This document shows positions 38,901 through 53,400 of a stretch of 64,000 bases of DNA, piece after piece. The position numbers and the translations under genes were made by a program. The notes under the pieces were generated by a model, which was not told the origin of the DNA, ran no database searches, and was given only the letters and a program-made list of their open reading frames with translations. Numbering within the stretch: position 1 is the first letter of the stretch; each line of letters opens with the position of its first letter. This DNA is from Strigamia acuminata (lineage: Eukaryota): contig OX442314.1 in the NCBI GenBank assembly GCA_949358305.1, positions 19,530,001 through 19,594,000 of the forward strand, in the 5' to 3' direction.

Positions 38901-41900
38901 GGTCGGGTTTGTGTCTGTGTTTAGAGGCGCAGTCAGCCGTTCGCGTTCTATGTTTGTGGTTAAAAGTTTTGTCACATAACCAAAATCTACCTATTGCTTT
39001 TCGATTAGAGACTAATAAATTTTTCCTGCTGGATCGTGGGAAGACAAATCAATATGTTCACTGAAGTTGGCCTTAATCTCCTTAATTTAAATTACAAATA
39101 CTCCCAAAAGCTCCCATCTTTTTTTTAATTGAATCTTTAGAAGATAAACTGAAAACTCTGGAAACAGTTTTCGTATTGTCTATAGGTTTAATGATTTCCA
39201 ATGAAATAATTCGTCAAATCATCATTTTTTAGAAGTTTTTTCAATTACATTTTTATTGCAATAGTGCGAGTGACAAGCACTACCGTGTGATTAATTTGTC
39301 GTGGGAAGTCAGGATAGGCTCTTTTCTAATTTCTGATTTAAAAAAATTAAATTAAATCGGTTTTGTATTTGCCTTCAAACTAAAAACCGATGTCTAATCA
39401 TTCCGACGTAGAAACGGTTAATTTTCAGTTTCGGGACGCTAAAATTCGTGTAACAACACGGGTTTCTAGTTTGTGAACGGTGACCGTTTATTTGTTATTC
39501 GACAAAGAAGTGCCGGTACTTTTGACAATCGCTCAGTTGAAGGCGGAAGCGGACAGGCGTGGTTTCGAGACGGCAGACCTATCGTCTACAAACGGGTGTG
39601 GCAAGACAACTTTGAAAGGATCGGGACTGAAGAGGCGGAGAAAATACGAAGCGAGCGATGCATATTTCATCAATATGATGAAATCGAGATGAATTTGACG
39701 GTAGTTGAATGTAGACTGAGCGAGTTCGTCCGGAATATGGTGGACAGTAGATTTTTGAAGTACGATACAGAGTTGGATCCGAACAATCGGGGCATATGTT
39801 CATACCAGAGGACTTGTTGTCAACAATCCGGGACGTGGCAGTCTCAACGAGTCTGCCTTTTCCGATTGGGCTGGAGAAAGCAGGAGGGACTTTGATGAAT
39901 TTTCTCATCAAACAGTAACATAACAATTATGAAAGATAAATTTTGAGAGACAAACGAAGAGAGAGGAAGGGCATACGAAGTTCGTTGAGGAGATGGAAGT
40001 GATAATGACCAGAAAAGAGAAGGCAAAATTGCGCGAGATAATTTTGAATCGTAAGGAGGCGTTTTTGAAGGGGAAATGATAAAGAAGATTGGAGAGATCG
40101 TTTGAAATAGACGCCAATGGAAGAGGCACAATTATCGTACAGAGAAGGCCAATAGTTTAGTGTCACCAATAAGTTTGCCATCGAGATCATTTCACACAGT
40201 GGCCATCGATCACGGAGGTCCGTATCCGAGTACAGCTTCAGATTTTCGTACAGTTTGATTTTTGATGGGTAAATCAGGGACTGTGCAATAGGAGACGAAG
40301 TTCTCTACACAAAAGGTCCGCAAATCAGGAAGTTTGATGCGCTGTTCGTAAAATTAAGCAAAAAGTGGGCAACCAAAATCTATCCGATCGAGGATGTTGA
40401 CGGGAAAAGAATTTAGAAGACGCCATGCATCCCAATTGAAGAGATATCGGGACTCAAACGCTGCATCAACAACAGTGTTGTCGTGACAGCGGCTCCTGAT
40501 GTGCGTTATGGATTGAGGAATTGTTTAGTCGTTTGGCCGTGTGAGTTGCAGCGCCGAAACGTGATGACTTTGGCTCTATTTCTAGTTTTTATTGTGAAAA
40601 ATCAGTTTTGTATTAGCATTAAACTTGAACTGATGTCTAATCATTTCTTAGAAATAGATTTTTTAGTGCGTTTTCACACAAAAACACATTAAATTGTCAT
40701 GAGATGACATCATTTTCACCTGTTCTCGTCAGTTGCTATCTACTATGCTGCAAATGTCTTTTTTTTATTTTTTTATTTTATTTTCTTTTCTATTATTTTG
40801 AGTGTCAGTCATAATAGAGAATGATGGGATTTTTAGTGCTTGAAATGTGGCTATAGGTGGCAGAAGGAAACCACAGTTTTTGTATGAATTTTATGAAAAG
40901 AAATTTTTTTTTTGAAACGAATTGGAAGTCGCATTCAAGTTTAAGCTTAACATTGCGTCGTTGTTATTGTTGTCTGCCTTTTCGTAACTTTGGGTCATTT
41001 ATTTTGAGATGGTAACCATGGTTACAGTTTTTATGCACTGCTTGGAGTCTCAGGTTGAAATTAAAACAAGATGGTGACTGTAGTTGAAACATAGTGGCAC
41101 AGATGTCACTTTCTATCGGACATGGTTCACTGATTCGACTCCTCCAACGTATGGATTTTTTTGGGTAAAAAAGAAATTTATTTTTTGTCTTTTTCGTAGC
41201 GCTTTTTTTTTATTTTTTTTTTAATATTAGATTTTGAGTAATTTTCCGCTTAATTTGAAGGATCATTATTTTTTGTTGTATTTTTTGACATTTATTGCCA
41301 TTATAAATTTTTTTTGGGAATTTCTAAACATTGACAGAAATTTTGCAAAAAGTTTTAGTAGGATTGCTTCAACTTCGACATCACTTACTTAAATTTTTCG
41401 ATACAATGTGTTATTTTCAAAAGATTTTCATCATCTCCCCAATTTCGTTTTCAATTAATTTTCCTCTTCATCAAAAACCTTTCCAATTATAATTTTTTTT
41501 TTTTTTTTTTTTTCAATTAAAATGTTTTTGAATTAAAAGTTTGCTTTGAACATTGTCAGAACTGACTCAATTATATGATTTTTTTCGTATAAATATTTCC
41601 AATGAAAAGTTCCATTATCCAGGGCAGCAAGCTAAACCAACTCCTGCCCTTGGGCTCGGGGGCTCTCTACTCAAACTCACTCTGGGTAAATTTAGCACCT
41701 CAGATAAAAGAACATCCTTTAATATTTTTTTCATTTTTCGCCACCTGCTCACTAAACACTCCGATTGGTTGTGAGTTTTTAGCCGCGCCCTTTAAGTCAT
41801 TGAATACGGCACCATTTTTTAAAATTTTGTTTCAAAGAGGGATTTGTGATTTATGGATTTATTTAATATTTTTTAAAATAAGTATTTTGTTTATCGTTGA

Positions 41901-44405
41901 TATTTAATTTGATCATCAATCAATAAATTGTTTTTAGACTTGAAGTAATTTTGTTATATTTTTTTGGGAGTTTATAAAATTTAGTTCCGTAATTAAAACG
42001 TTAATTGTGCTTTTGGAAAAGAGTTGTAGACTGTTGACTTTGTCAGCTTGACTGTTTGATTAAATTGTTGGCACCAGAGGGCATATTAAAGCTTATATCG
42101 AGGTCAAGGTGATGATTTTATACCTATTTATCAACAATAACAATAACAACCACAAACATTAAAGGAAATGGAAATGCAAACATGTTATTATTTATTTATT
42201 TATGTACTCATTACTGTTGCTTAAATTTATCATCAGTTTGTCCAATTTTACCAAAAATAGATGGTAAAAAAGTTGTCAAAGAAATAAGAATTTAGTAGCA
42301 AAGTTTATTTATGTATTTTATAATTATAAATTTCCAAATAATCTTATTTGATTAGAAAATGCACATGAATATGGTAATTTGCAACAAAAAAAATGCAAAG
42401 GGGCACAGTCCCTATTGTGCCGCATGGTGGATTCTTATTCATCATGATCCAGAGTGAGATGAAGGAATGTTTGGTTTGTTTATTTAAATGAGGTTGCGCG
42501 AGTTAGGAGTGTGACTTTGTTGTTGTTTGTATTTGTTGTGACTATTGGTTCGTGCCATCAAAAGACGGCGTGGCTGCATGTGTTGTGTTTTGTCGCATTA
42601 CTTGTTTGAGTTTCCGTTGCGTACGTCATTTCCGTTCTCTACGTTATTCCCGTCCGAGAAAGACGTAGTTTCTTCTATAACATCACCTCATTTGATGGGA
42701 AGAATAATTAATTATTATGAATGAGGAATGAATTTAGAGTAGATACGGACTATCAGTTGAAAATCTGTTTTTACTGTTTTTTATTTTTCCTGCCAATTGT
42801 TTCTTTTGCAACAAAAAAAGAATTCCGATAAGTATCTGAGTTGTAACTGCCAATATGCAGTTTGGAATGTAAATAAATGAGTTTGCATTTATTAACACAA
42901 CATAACACATTTGCAAGAATGAGTAATAGAATCGCATGAAAAGCATTAAAGTAATAAAAACATTATCTAACGTTGAAAACTATGGAAATATTTTTATCAC
43001 ATTTTTAACGACACCATAATACTAAACAAAGTCTAGCCTTGCCAGTAGAGAACAAATTAATTATCGGTTAAAAAATAGCACTAGACATGTTAAGGAATTG
43101 CGAATTATCACGTGCATACGTTCAAAACTAACGAATTTCGATATCGTAATGGATAAACGTACCAAATATTTAAATAGTTTCGAAAATAAATACGAGCGAA
43201 CATTTTTCTCTCGACGCCTTGTTCGCATCTGGCTAGGTATTGTATAAACAGCTGCGAATGACGTCAATTGCACTCTCCAACAATGCATTAAGTTCGCATT
43301 CGTACCCAGGTGAAGAAGTCTGTTCTTGATTGCAATAAGCCATGAAATTAGCGAGAAATGTGGGCCATTTTTTCAGTGGAATTCGGTTCATTCTCGACGA
43401 TGTTGATGGTGACAGCGAAGGTAACGGCTGGAGTATTTTATATTCAAAAGAAATGAAAGTTATTAAGTTGTTTGAAAGTCTCGCACACGTGCATGAAGCG
43501 ATACACTCTTCATCTTTTTTATGATTATTTTCTGCTAGTGGTAAAGGTGTGGTTCGAATGTTTGACAGCTTATTAGCAACGCAGTTACATCAAAATTTTC
43601 AGAAGCAGATTTGCAAGAATGCTTTGCACTTGGGCCACACCCCATTTATAGTTTGCACAGCTGAAAAAACATAACTTTGAGCCGCCATTTTGTTCTCTGT
43701 CTATCAGAAATGTCCTTGATAATTTTTACATGCGATATAAATAGGAGCAATACTTTTATTGCTGGTGTCATGGCCTAATTATTTGCCCACGAAGAGAAAA
43801 TTTATCGCGACAAGAATTAATAATTTATTGTATTAATAACTATTCAAACACTAATAAATATAATGAATCGTAGCAGACGTTCCCTTAGTGCGTGTATGGG
43901 AATTAGAATGTTCTTTTTTTATTTGAGCTTCTTTTCAAACCACAAGGTCGACATTTTCTTTCCGCTTTGAAAAGAAATAATGAAATTTGTCAAAATATTA
44001 AATTTAGAAAAAAAAAAGAAAAAGAAAAGTGTGTCAAACACAGTTCACAGGGTTTATTTGATCTTTTATGGTGAGTCTTTCAGGCCATTGAAATGTAAAG
44101 AGTATGCGGAATCTTTTTGACGTTGCTGTGATGTGATATTGGCAATTTCCATTCTGTTGTAGGTCTTGCCGAGCAGACAACATCCATCAGCATCCAGTCG
44201 ATGCCCGCACACCTGAACCGCATCACTGAATTCCAAGATGAACATTCACCGCCGGCTAGACCTGATTCGAGTACTAAGTACGTTTCTCCCTAATTATAAT
44301 TTTATTTGGCTAATGCAATGAAATGGGGTGATCAATCAGCGTTTACTGCAAAAGAAAAAAAAATTAGGTCTAGAAATTTAGTTTAAAGTTTTTTTTATAT
44401 ATATA

Positions 44406-44447
<42 letters not shown>

Positions 44448-47400
44448 CAAATGGTTTTAATTATTTTTCGCAAGTGAAAATGTGTTTTATGCAAATTATA
44501 GCTTGGAGTTCTACAAGTGACATTGCACAATGCTGTTAGTTAATTGGATTTGTTACTGAAAAGAGTACACTGCACCAACGAGATAATTGTTTTAGACGTA
44601 AAATATGAATAATGGTATTTAGCAAGACTTTATTTAATAAATTTTACAGCAATTGATTATGAGAAATGAGCAATTTTTTAGAATTAATGAACTCACCAAT
44701 TGAAAAAGAGCTGCACTTTTTAAATAAATTGCATTTCGTGACATCAGACAGACAAAAAAACGATTAATAAATCGAGTTAGTCGGTTTCATTAATGAGGCA
44801 AATTTCCATCATAATAATTCAATCGTAAGTTGATACTTCGATTAAAAGCAATAATACAAAATTGTATTATTTTTTAAAATTTGTTTATTGTACAAATCGT
44901 TTAAGCAGTCGGGGAAAAGGGGTAAGTGAATTAAACAGAATTGAGAATATTTTTAAAAGTTCCACGTTAAATTTAAGGTAATATAATTGCTAATTTATTT
45001 GGAATTCGACATTTGGGTCTTATCACAAGGAGAAATAAAAATAGAAACTGCGCATGCGCGAAACAGTAACTTGACTATTTAGTAGCAAACGGAACTGAGA
45101 CGAACATCAATAAATCTTTATTTAGACCTAAGAGTAGTATATTGGTTTCATTTTGCAGTATAATCCAGACACTGGTTTGACAAATGCCATATACACATTC
45201 ACGTGTGCAGTGATGGTTTCCGTTAAAAAGCAACTGGAGTAGAAAATAATAGTTTTGACATAATTTTATTGCATAATTTTCCAGAATTAAGGGGTGGCAA
45301 AATCATATTTGTGTAAATTGTGGGTGCATTTTGGTTCTGGTTGTCGCTGATTGTGCCAAATGCATATGGCTGTTTGTAATGCTTGTCCTTCAAGGATATT
45401 GAAGTACCATGAAAAAGATTTTACTTTTTTTTTTTATTTTAAAATTTATTTGTTACTCGTGATTTGAATAATTCAAAAGAATTGGTTTGCTCGTTTTTTT
45501 ATTTTGTGTATGTTGTGAATTTTAGCATGAAATGGGAGCTGAGAGGAAGTGTGCGCACGATGGGAAAAAGATTGTATCGTGGCAACACACTTTTTCGGAT
45601 GTAGAATTTTATTTAAAATATGCTGTAATAGATTGGCATGAAATGCGATAAGTCATATACAGTCTATTATCTTGGGAAATCTGAAATATTGACAAGGAAA
45701 TAAGATTTTTGCACATCGTAAGGCTGTATAGAAACTTCCGAACTAAAATATCATTTAGCTTGTGAATGACTTGACTAAAACAACACTTCAAATACTGGTA
45801 CTCACCTGGTTCAAAAATACATTGAAATTATATTACTACATATTACTATACTTTAGAATGCATTAAGTGAAAAGCAATATGGACATTTAAATATTTTTAC
45901 TAATAACATGTCAAGTTCAGATAAATGGTGACTAAAAAATTTTTGTTAATGTACACAAATGAGCAACGTAAGCATTTATTTAATTTTATTTAAAAATGAT
46001 AATCGAACCAATAATCTCGATTGATTTAAGGACACTTCAATAAATGCCTATTTAATATCTGTTGGCACATCAGCAAAATTAACAATCCGTAAACGCATTA
46101 CTATTAATGATAAGTTTAATTAAAAATGGCATTAGTTATTTGATGATCATTTGCGATAACGCTTTATTTGTCAGATATGTTGGCAACTCTATTAGATTTG
46201 AAAATTGGTGTATTATCACCTAATCACAGTTTATAGCTCTGTATTGCTTGAAGTTTTATCGAGCGAAATTAATTAAATCTGGTTTTGCTGAAAAATTTGC
46301 GAAGGGTTAAGAGAAAATGGCACTTAGCTTGTGACTTGAGAAGCGACCGGAAGGATGCGTCTGCACGATTTGCACTTTTGCTTGACATTAGAAAAGTTTG
46401 GCATTATTCGCCATCACCCAAGGGACTAGTTTGTTTCGTATGTCAGATATGGAATTTATATTGTGCATAGTTTAGACTCAATTTAATTCCAGTTGTGAAA
46501 CTTTAGCTGTTACATCCAAATGTATGCATTTATTTATAACTGCAATGCAAACGTATGCAACTCTTACCTACTTAGGAGAAATAAATTACCATCTTTTCAA
46601 ATTCAATTCTGTTTTAGCATTTATCCATGTACGTGCTACAACATTTAAATTTGATTTTCATTTTTATACTGCTTGACGTTTATATTAGATTACCATTTAA
46701 ATGTGCAATGGTTTGAAACACTTAAGAAGGTTAGAGCGAAGCAAGGTTTGCAGCTAAATATATGCAGTGGCAGATAAATCTTATAAAAGGTATAATAAAT
46801 GTCGAGTTTTTTATGCTCTACGAGGCGTGATGAGTTGCCGTGATTAGACCTGGACCAATGCAAGCGTCTTTGCAGCTATTGCTGAGGTCTTTATGGTACA
46901 CAAGATAACTGCACCTATCTCTTCACATTCTCGTGAATACGCGATTGCCAATCTGTGAAGGAAGTCTTTAGGGAGCTTCTGCAGTGATTTTCTATATTTG
47001 TTTACCTTTCAATCGGGACAATTTCATTTATTATCAGCACTGTCTATTTGTGTGTGTATTTTTCGTGCAATTTAGACAATTTAAAGGGAATTACTCGATC
47101 AGAAAAACAAATAGACGTTGCCATGATGAGAATTTAGCGTTGCAATTTTTTTCTCTTCTTACTTTATCTGTAATATTTTATCTGGGTTTGAGAATCCTTG
47201 GGGAATTAGGTCGAAAGTGCCCCAGAAAGCATTGATGATGATATAGTGAGTTAAATGTGAGTTTAAAATTTTATTTTATCACTCATGGTCAATAATAAGC
47301 ATTTGTTTACGTTAGAAAAGGACTTTTATTTGTCTCTCAGGACTGAGCTTAGTTACTTTTTCGTTATTGTTGACACTTTGTGTTTGCTGCGATGGATTGT

Positions 47401-50400
47401 GTACAAAGTGCTGTATTAACTGCTTGGTAAATCCCAACCATTAAAGCTGCTGCAACAAAACGCTCGAATGCACCTATTAGATATTCACAATATAATTGTG
47501 CGTTTGCACTACTGCGTTTGATATTTATTTTTAATGTTTACCAGTGGGAAAAAAGTTTGGGAGGTTAGAACTAAATGTTTAAACAATTCATGAATCAATA
47601 ATAATTAATAACGTTGTTCTATGTCTCTGTGTCAATTTATTATTAATTTAATTAATTATTAATAGCAAATTGCAGTCACATACCAACACTAACAAATATT
47701 GAATCATAGCCAAGAGCATATCGGGGTCTATTAGGTCATCAAAGTTTGTTTGTTCACCCGAAAAATTTGTTGTTCCAAACACTTTTTTTGGATGTTATGT
47801 AAAGGAAAGAGTCGGCCAACACTTTTTTGCATATTGATTTTAAATGCAAAACGCCATAAAGGATATATTAATTCACTTTTTCCAAATTTCATCAATTAGG
47901 TTAGTTGAGTTTCCTGTTTGAAAACACCACCTCCTTATCCGCAATCACCCTCTAGTGGCAAAGAAAGGAAATTCCATTAAAATTTCTATTGATCAACTAA
48001 TCGTTCAGGTGCTGTGGAGTTTGGTAAGGAGTTTGATGGAATGGTATGGTGCCCTAAGGAACAACCCTTGAAAGGGTTCCACCAAGCGTGTGTTAAACAG
48101 AACGTCATTGTTGAATAGCTCTCCAAGGGGCCAAAATGTTTACAGGAAGAAAAAAAACGAGGAAGAAAAAATAGCGAAAAAGGCGTCTAAATTAAATGTG
48201 CCACGGGTTTCTCTAAAAGAGTTTTAAAGGTTAAAGAGTGGACTGATACGGGTAATTGACGGCTGTACGAGTCTTTTCTAAGAGGCTTTAGACTTTATCA
48301 TGTGAGCTTTTATCTGTTGTTAATGTAAGAGTGGTTATTGATTGGATTATGACAAATTATCTTGAAGAGTAATTAGGCCTGGATGTATTTAGTTTCTTTT
48401 CACCCATGAATAAGTCGTTCTAAATATGGCTTTTTAAGCCTAATCTTTGCAAATAACTTGAAGTGGATATTTGTTTTTGTTTTTAAGTTTATAGAAGTTG
48501 GTTATTAGATTCGTGTGACAAAGAAATGTGATGTGCTCAAACTTGTTTTTAATTATGAAGTGTTTTTTATTTATTACCTCGGACTTAAATAATAGATTGG
48601 TCGTTTATATTTTTTTTTTTAAAAAATTAATTAAAAAATTTGAAGAAAAGTTTTAAAGGGTGTTTATTTAGCTTTAAATTAACCCCACAAAAGTAAAGGG
48701 TCTTAAATTTTGCCACACATCTGCTGATGACAAGCAGTAAGTACGAATTCTGGTTAATTAGGTGTCTCATTAAATGTCAAATTAATGTCGACGAACATTG
48801 TTTTGATTTATAACATTAATGCCCTTACCTAGAAAATTAGTACAAGGCTTTGCATCGTTTTGGCTCTTGCAATTTGCTCTATCGATTTTTTGTTTTTTTG
48901 ATTTTTTTTGTCGTCATATTTCGCTACAACTTGCTCGCTCTTTTTCCACAATCCTTTACTTCCGTTTATGGTCGACCATAATCTAGGGCAGTTGTTTCCT
49001 TTCTTGTTAAAAAGATTTATTGTTGGCTTAGCCTTCAACCGAAAGATTCTTGCTGTAATAATGACCTAAATGTCCTGAGGAAGTTTCAGTAAGAACAATA
49101 ACAATGTTGAAAATAAATCTAGCTATTTAACACGCATTGTATAAATAAAGATTGGCTTTTCAAGGAGGAAAAAATTTTTTTTTTGACAAAATGCAATTAA
49201 AATTTATCAATATTATCATTCTATTTTATTTCTGAGAAATTGTACGTTTGTGATGCGGAGTGAAGCTCTAGGGGCAAAAGATGAGCATCATTGAACAATG
49301 TCCAGATTTCAATCTGAAATAAAATAGAAAAATTTTTTTTCTTCTTTTTTATCTAAAAAATATTGAATATTTGGTTCTCGTATTGCATTTTAACTGGTGT
49401 ACGGTCAGTGAACATGACTGTGAAAGGAATAAAGAATAAAAAATGCGGTAGAAGTGGGCAGTGTATCAGCACAATGCCCTATTAAACTCTGCCAGGTGGT
49501 TTGTATTCTGGCCGTTAGGGTTACTATAAATTACGCCTATCGCGTTTTTTGAAATAGAAAGTTTGTTGTCCAGAAAAGAAATATCTTTTGTTGATTAGTT
49601 GGTGTCATGTCCTGCTATTGTTACAGAATTTTCCATCATGTAATACCCTCTAGCCAGTTGTCATGTGATGTTTTAAAATGGCGTTCTCCATTCTCTTCCT
49701 GGCCTTGAAACCTAAGGATACTATTGATTTTGTTTGTTTTGTGGCGTTTTTTCTTTAATAAAAAAAAGTAAAAATAAATTTATATATTGACTCATAACAG
49801 TGTATAAATAAAATATGCTATTCTGGCAGGTTTTTTTGATGACAAGATTGATTGTTCTCGTGTAATTATTGTTCCAAAATGCGTTTTTTTGGACAATAGG
49901 GGTCATCAATCATTATCAATTATTGTTATTTTTTTTATTAAGTTTGGATGTTTTAACTGTGTTATAAAAGTTTTACAGTTATCTAGTCTTTAGTATCATT
50001 TGTTCGGAGCAATTGACTGCTTTTCTAGACTATAAATATGTTAATGCTTCAAAGACTTTCAAATTTCGCTGGGTAAAGGTTGAAACTTTTTATGAAACCT
50101 GGAATGTTGTACAAGAGATTTTTTTTTGTTTATGCAAAGCCATCATGTAGAAGAAAGAAGGTTATTTTATGGCCTTATTGGGGTTGGATCAATGAGTTTA
50201 TTCTTGAGGTTAGTGTTGGCATTTCGCCACTGAGGGAATAAGTGAATTATGTTTCCAAGAATATGAAAAATACGTTTTGATGCAACGTAGAAATTAAACA
50301 AAAGAATGAAATAAACTTTATTTTGATGTATTGAAATCATTCGATTAAATAGTTTTATCAGCTACAGTTTTAACATTACAATTGCAAACATTGTAATACA

Positions 50401-53400
50401 ATATTTAAATGGAAAAATGAGAAAACGTGTGTTTTTTTTTACCCATAATAAATATCTGGGAGAAAAAATTATTAATTTGCAAATGGCATATTCAATTTCA
50501 AAGTTTCTGAAAAATTGTTTTAAAAAAAGGCTAATTAAGGTTGAGAATTAAAAAAAAAAAGAAAAGATGAAATGAAAAATTAAATATTTACATTTTATCT
50601 GTTTGCGAGTATTGCTCGTGGGAAATAAATTAAATAAGTTTTATTTGCGCTACAATGGGACAAATATAGAAGGTTTGCGTACTGAGTAACATAAATAATT
50701 TTTTTCTCTCATGTCGAGGCTCCCCAGGCAGTTATTTGGCTCATTAGATAAGACTTTAGTTGGATAGGGGGCTATCATTAGTAAGAAGGCGATATGCGTG
50801 TGCAATTAAAGTAATGTTTGTCTTTACGCAAGCAAATTAGAGCTAAAGAATGCAAATTAAAATAAATATATTTTTTTTGTAAGCAAGATTTAAAAGGAAT
50901 TTTAAAGGAGTTTAATAGTAAGAAAAATGTCGTGTTTTGGACGTTGCAATAACGACAAATCTGGTGTACGAGTTTTAAATTTCTGCAGGTGTGCAGACCC
51001 GCTTGGCGTTCTTACATTGTGCCTCGGTTTGTGAATTTTAAGCAGCCGCATTTGCATAAAGAGATGTTGCATTGTTTCTTTTTATCGAATTTTTGAATAA
51101 GGATGTCGCAGGTTGTGCGACATGAATTTAATAAGTTGATTCTAAATTTAATTTTTATTTTTCCTTGGTCTTTTGTTTTTGGACATTTATTAAGAGGAAT
51201 TCTAATGAGTTTATTATTATTTTCTTAGTGTCAAGCGGTCCCATTCCGAAAATGTGAAAAGTAAGAAATCAAGGCAATATCTACAACTTGATCAACAAAC
51301 TTTAGAGGTAAGATCTTTTTATTTATTTATTAATTTTTTTAATTCGCTATATTTATTCGAGTAATGCCGGTTCGTGATTATTTTATGAGTGGTTTTCATT
51401 TCTTACTGATGCAAATCTATAAGTTTATATCTATAGTGTTTCTATGTTAAGGGGAAAAAGTAAGTGCATGTTGCACGAAATGGCGTTTTCCGCGTCGATA
51501 AATCAATGTGAATAGCTTTTATGAAGTTCTTGGAATTTATGATTAATTTGATTGGTGAAATATGCAAGAACGCTAAATACCAGAATACATGCACGGTGCA
51601 CGCATACATGCATGGGATTGAAAGCAATAACAATTTATTTTTAGTAAGAAATAAAGATGAAATTGATTTTATCTAACAAAAAAAGGTTCGTTTATTCTGT
51701 GTAGAAGCCGAGTAATGCAGAAAACACAACTCGTGTCACTTTGATTTTTATCTAAATTTTTTCTCCCAAGTTGTGTCTTTAAATTTTGTATCTTTAGTTT
51801 CTTTATTAAAAATTGCACAAACAAACGTCAGCTGTGTTGTGTATTTTTGTACGACGTGTTTCCACTTTCCAGACGTTTGTTACAGCGAGTTGTTATAAGG
51901 AATAACATTGGAGAAATTATATTAAAATTAGAAATGGTCAATTTTTTAATTATAGCATTTTTATTCTATACATTTTTGTCCGGAACTGATCAAATTGTTG
52001 ATCGTCCATTAAAATTGTGCACCATTATGTATTTGACTGTGAAATTTATTTTATAACTACAAATTTTAACAAAACCACCTCCGTTCCATTTCCTTTCCTT
52101 TCACTTCTGTCACATTCCCTATACAACTGCATACAAGAAACTTTCCTGGTTTTTTGACATTTTATACAATAGTTGCTATGGAAACGACTGTTTAAATGTT
52201 AAAACACAAAACAAAAACCCCTGCATGTGTTTCCTGCTTGCAATGGCAAGAAATTAAATTTTTGTCTTTTGGCGAACCACAGCAGCGTTCTAGGAAAAAT
52301 AAATAATGTTGAATAAATGTGGCCTATTCAAGAATGTACAAATGGACTGCGGGTTCTCGTATGAGGAATGCAAAGAATAAAATTAATGAAAACAAATGAA
52401 AGGAATGCTCGTTCTACAAATTCCTTTAAAAGTCAGATTTTTGCAACTAGTTTTGCAATAAATCTTGCACCAGACAACCTGCAATTGCAAGAAGGACATC
52501 GGGTTTGCGGAAATCAACTTGGAAACTGACACGATAGCTGCCAAGTAATTCCACGATAAAATGAATGACCTAAAAATTGACTTTCTTAAAAATTTCGATA
52601 AAATAGTTTTTAACGGCAAATCATATTGTAAAAATGTTGAAATTCATCAACACTCTGCTCATGTGATATTTAATATAGGATACGAAATTATGTCAGGCTG
52701 AATTCCCCCGTGCTAATCCGAGCTAAAAGTCAGTTTCCTTTCGTAATGTAAACCTCCCCTATGAGTAACCGAAAGCTTATGAGATTAATAAAAATGAGTT
52801 TTTTGCTGATAATGATTGGTAATTAATAACAGACTCGTATTGCGTGTCCTCGATAAATTCTTCCTATTAGCAAAAAAATGATTTACTCCTGTGACATTTT
52901 TCGGTACCGGTTTAGATTACTGAAATATAGTTGTTCTTTTTTTCTTAGTAGAGTTAAACGTTGGCTTTGACGTGGAGTTTTCATTAGAGACGTAGGTTAG
53001 TGACGTCATTCGGAGTTGCGATTTTGTAAGGCGGCCAAGATCAATATGAAGGAGGATGAGGTTGAGAATTTGATTTCGCAGCGCGTGTCTAGTTAGTGCT
53101 CGAGATTTTCGATATTGAAAATTTATGATAAAAGGAGCGCAGAATGCAGATAATTCTGTTGATGATATTGGGTTAAAATATAATTTTAAATTTGCAAAAA
53201 AATGAAAAGTTTTGACTGTGCCGTGCAGTGCAGTTTGACTCGATTTTCAGGGGTTGCTTTGCTTTAGCGTTAATAAAAATATTTTGCCCGCGCTTAATGA
53301 GCGAGAATGAAAGCAAAGCTTAAACTGTTCTCTTTGATGATTGGTCCAAGCGGTTTCAGAATCAATTTCAATCAAGGTGCCACGATTGCGAGGGTACGTG

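Noticed and set aside
39480..39692. P-loop NTPase from NGCGKTTL
   Set aside because: Lacks the first Gly and preceding hydrophobic strand of a Walker A motif and has no Walker B; the more protein-like reading has shifted to another frame at this point.
40052..40079. Shine-Dalgarno-like TAAGGAGG suggesting bacterial or phage origin of the island
   Set aside because: It lies about 17 nt from the ATG, too far for a typical RBS, and is explained by Lys-Glu codons of the upstream remnant.
43533..43562. tRNA or tRNA-SINE head (ctagtggtaaagg ... ggttcgaat)
   Set aside because: A- and B-box-like motifs are too close together and no cloverleaf can be formed.
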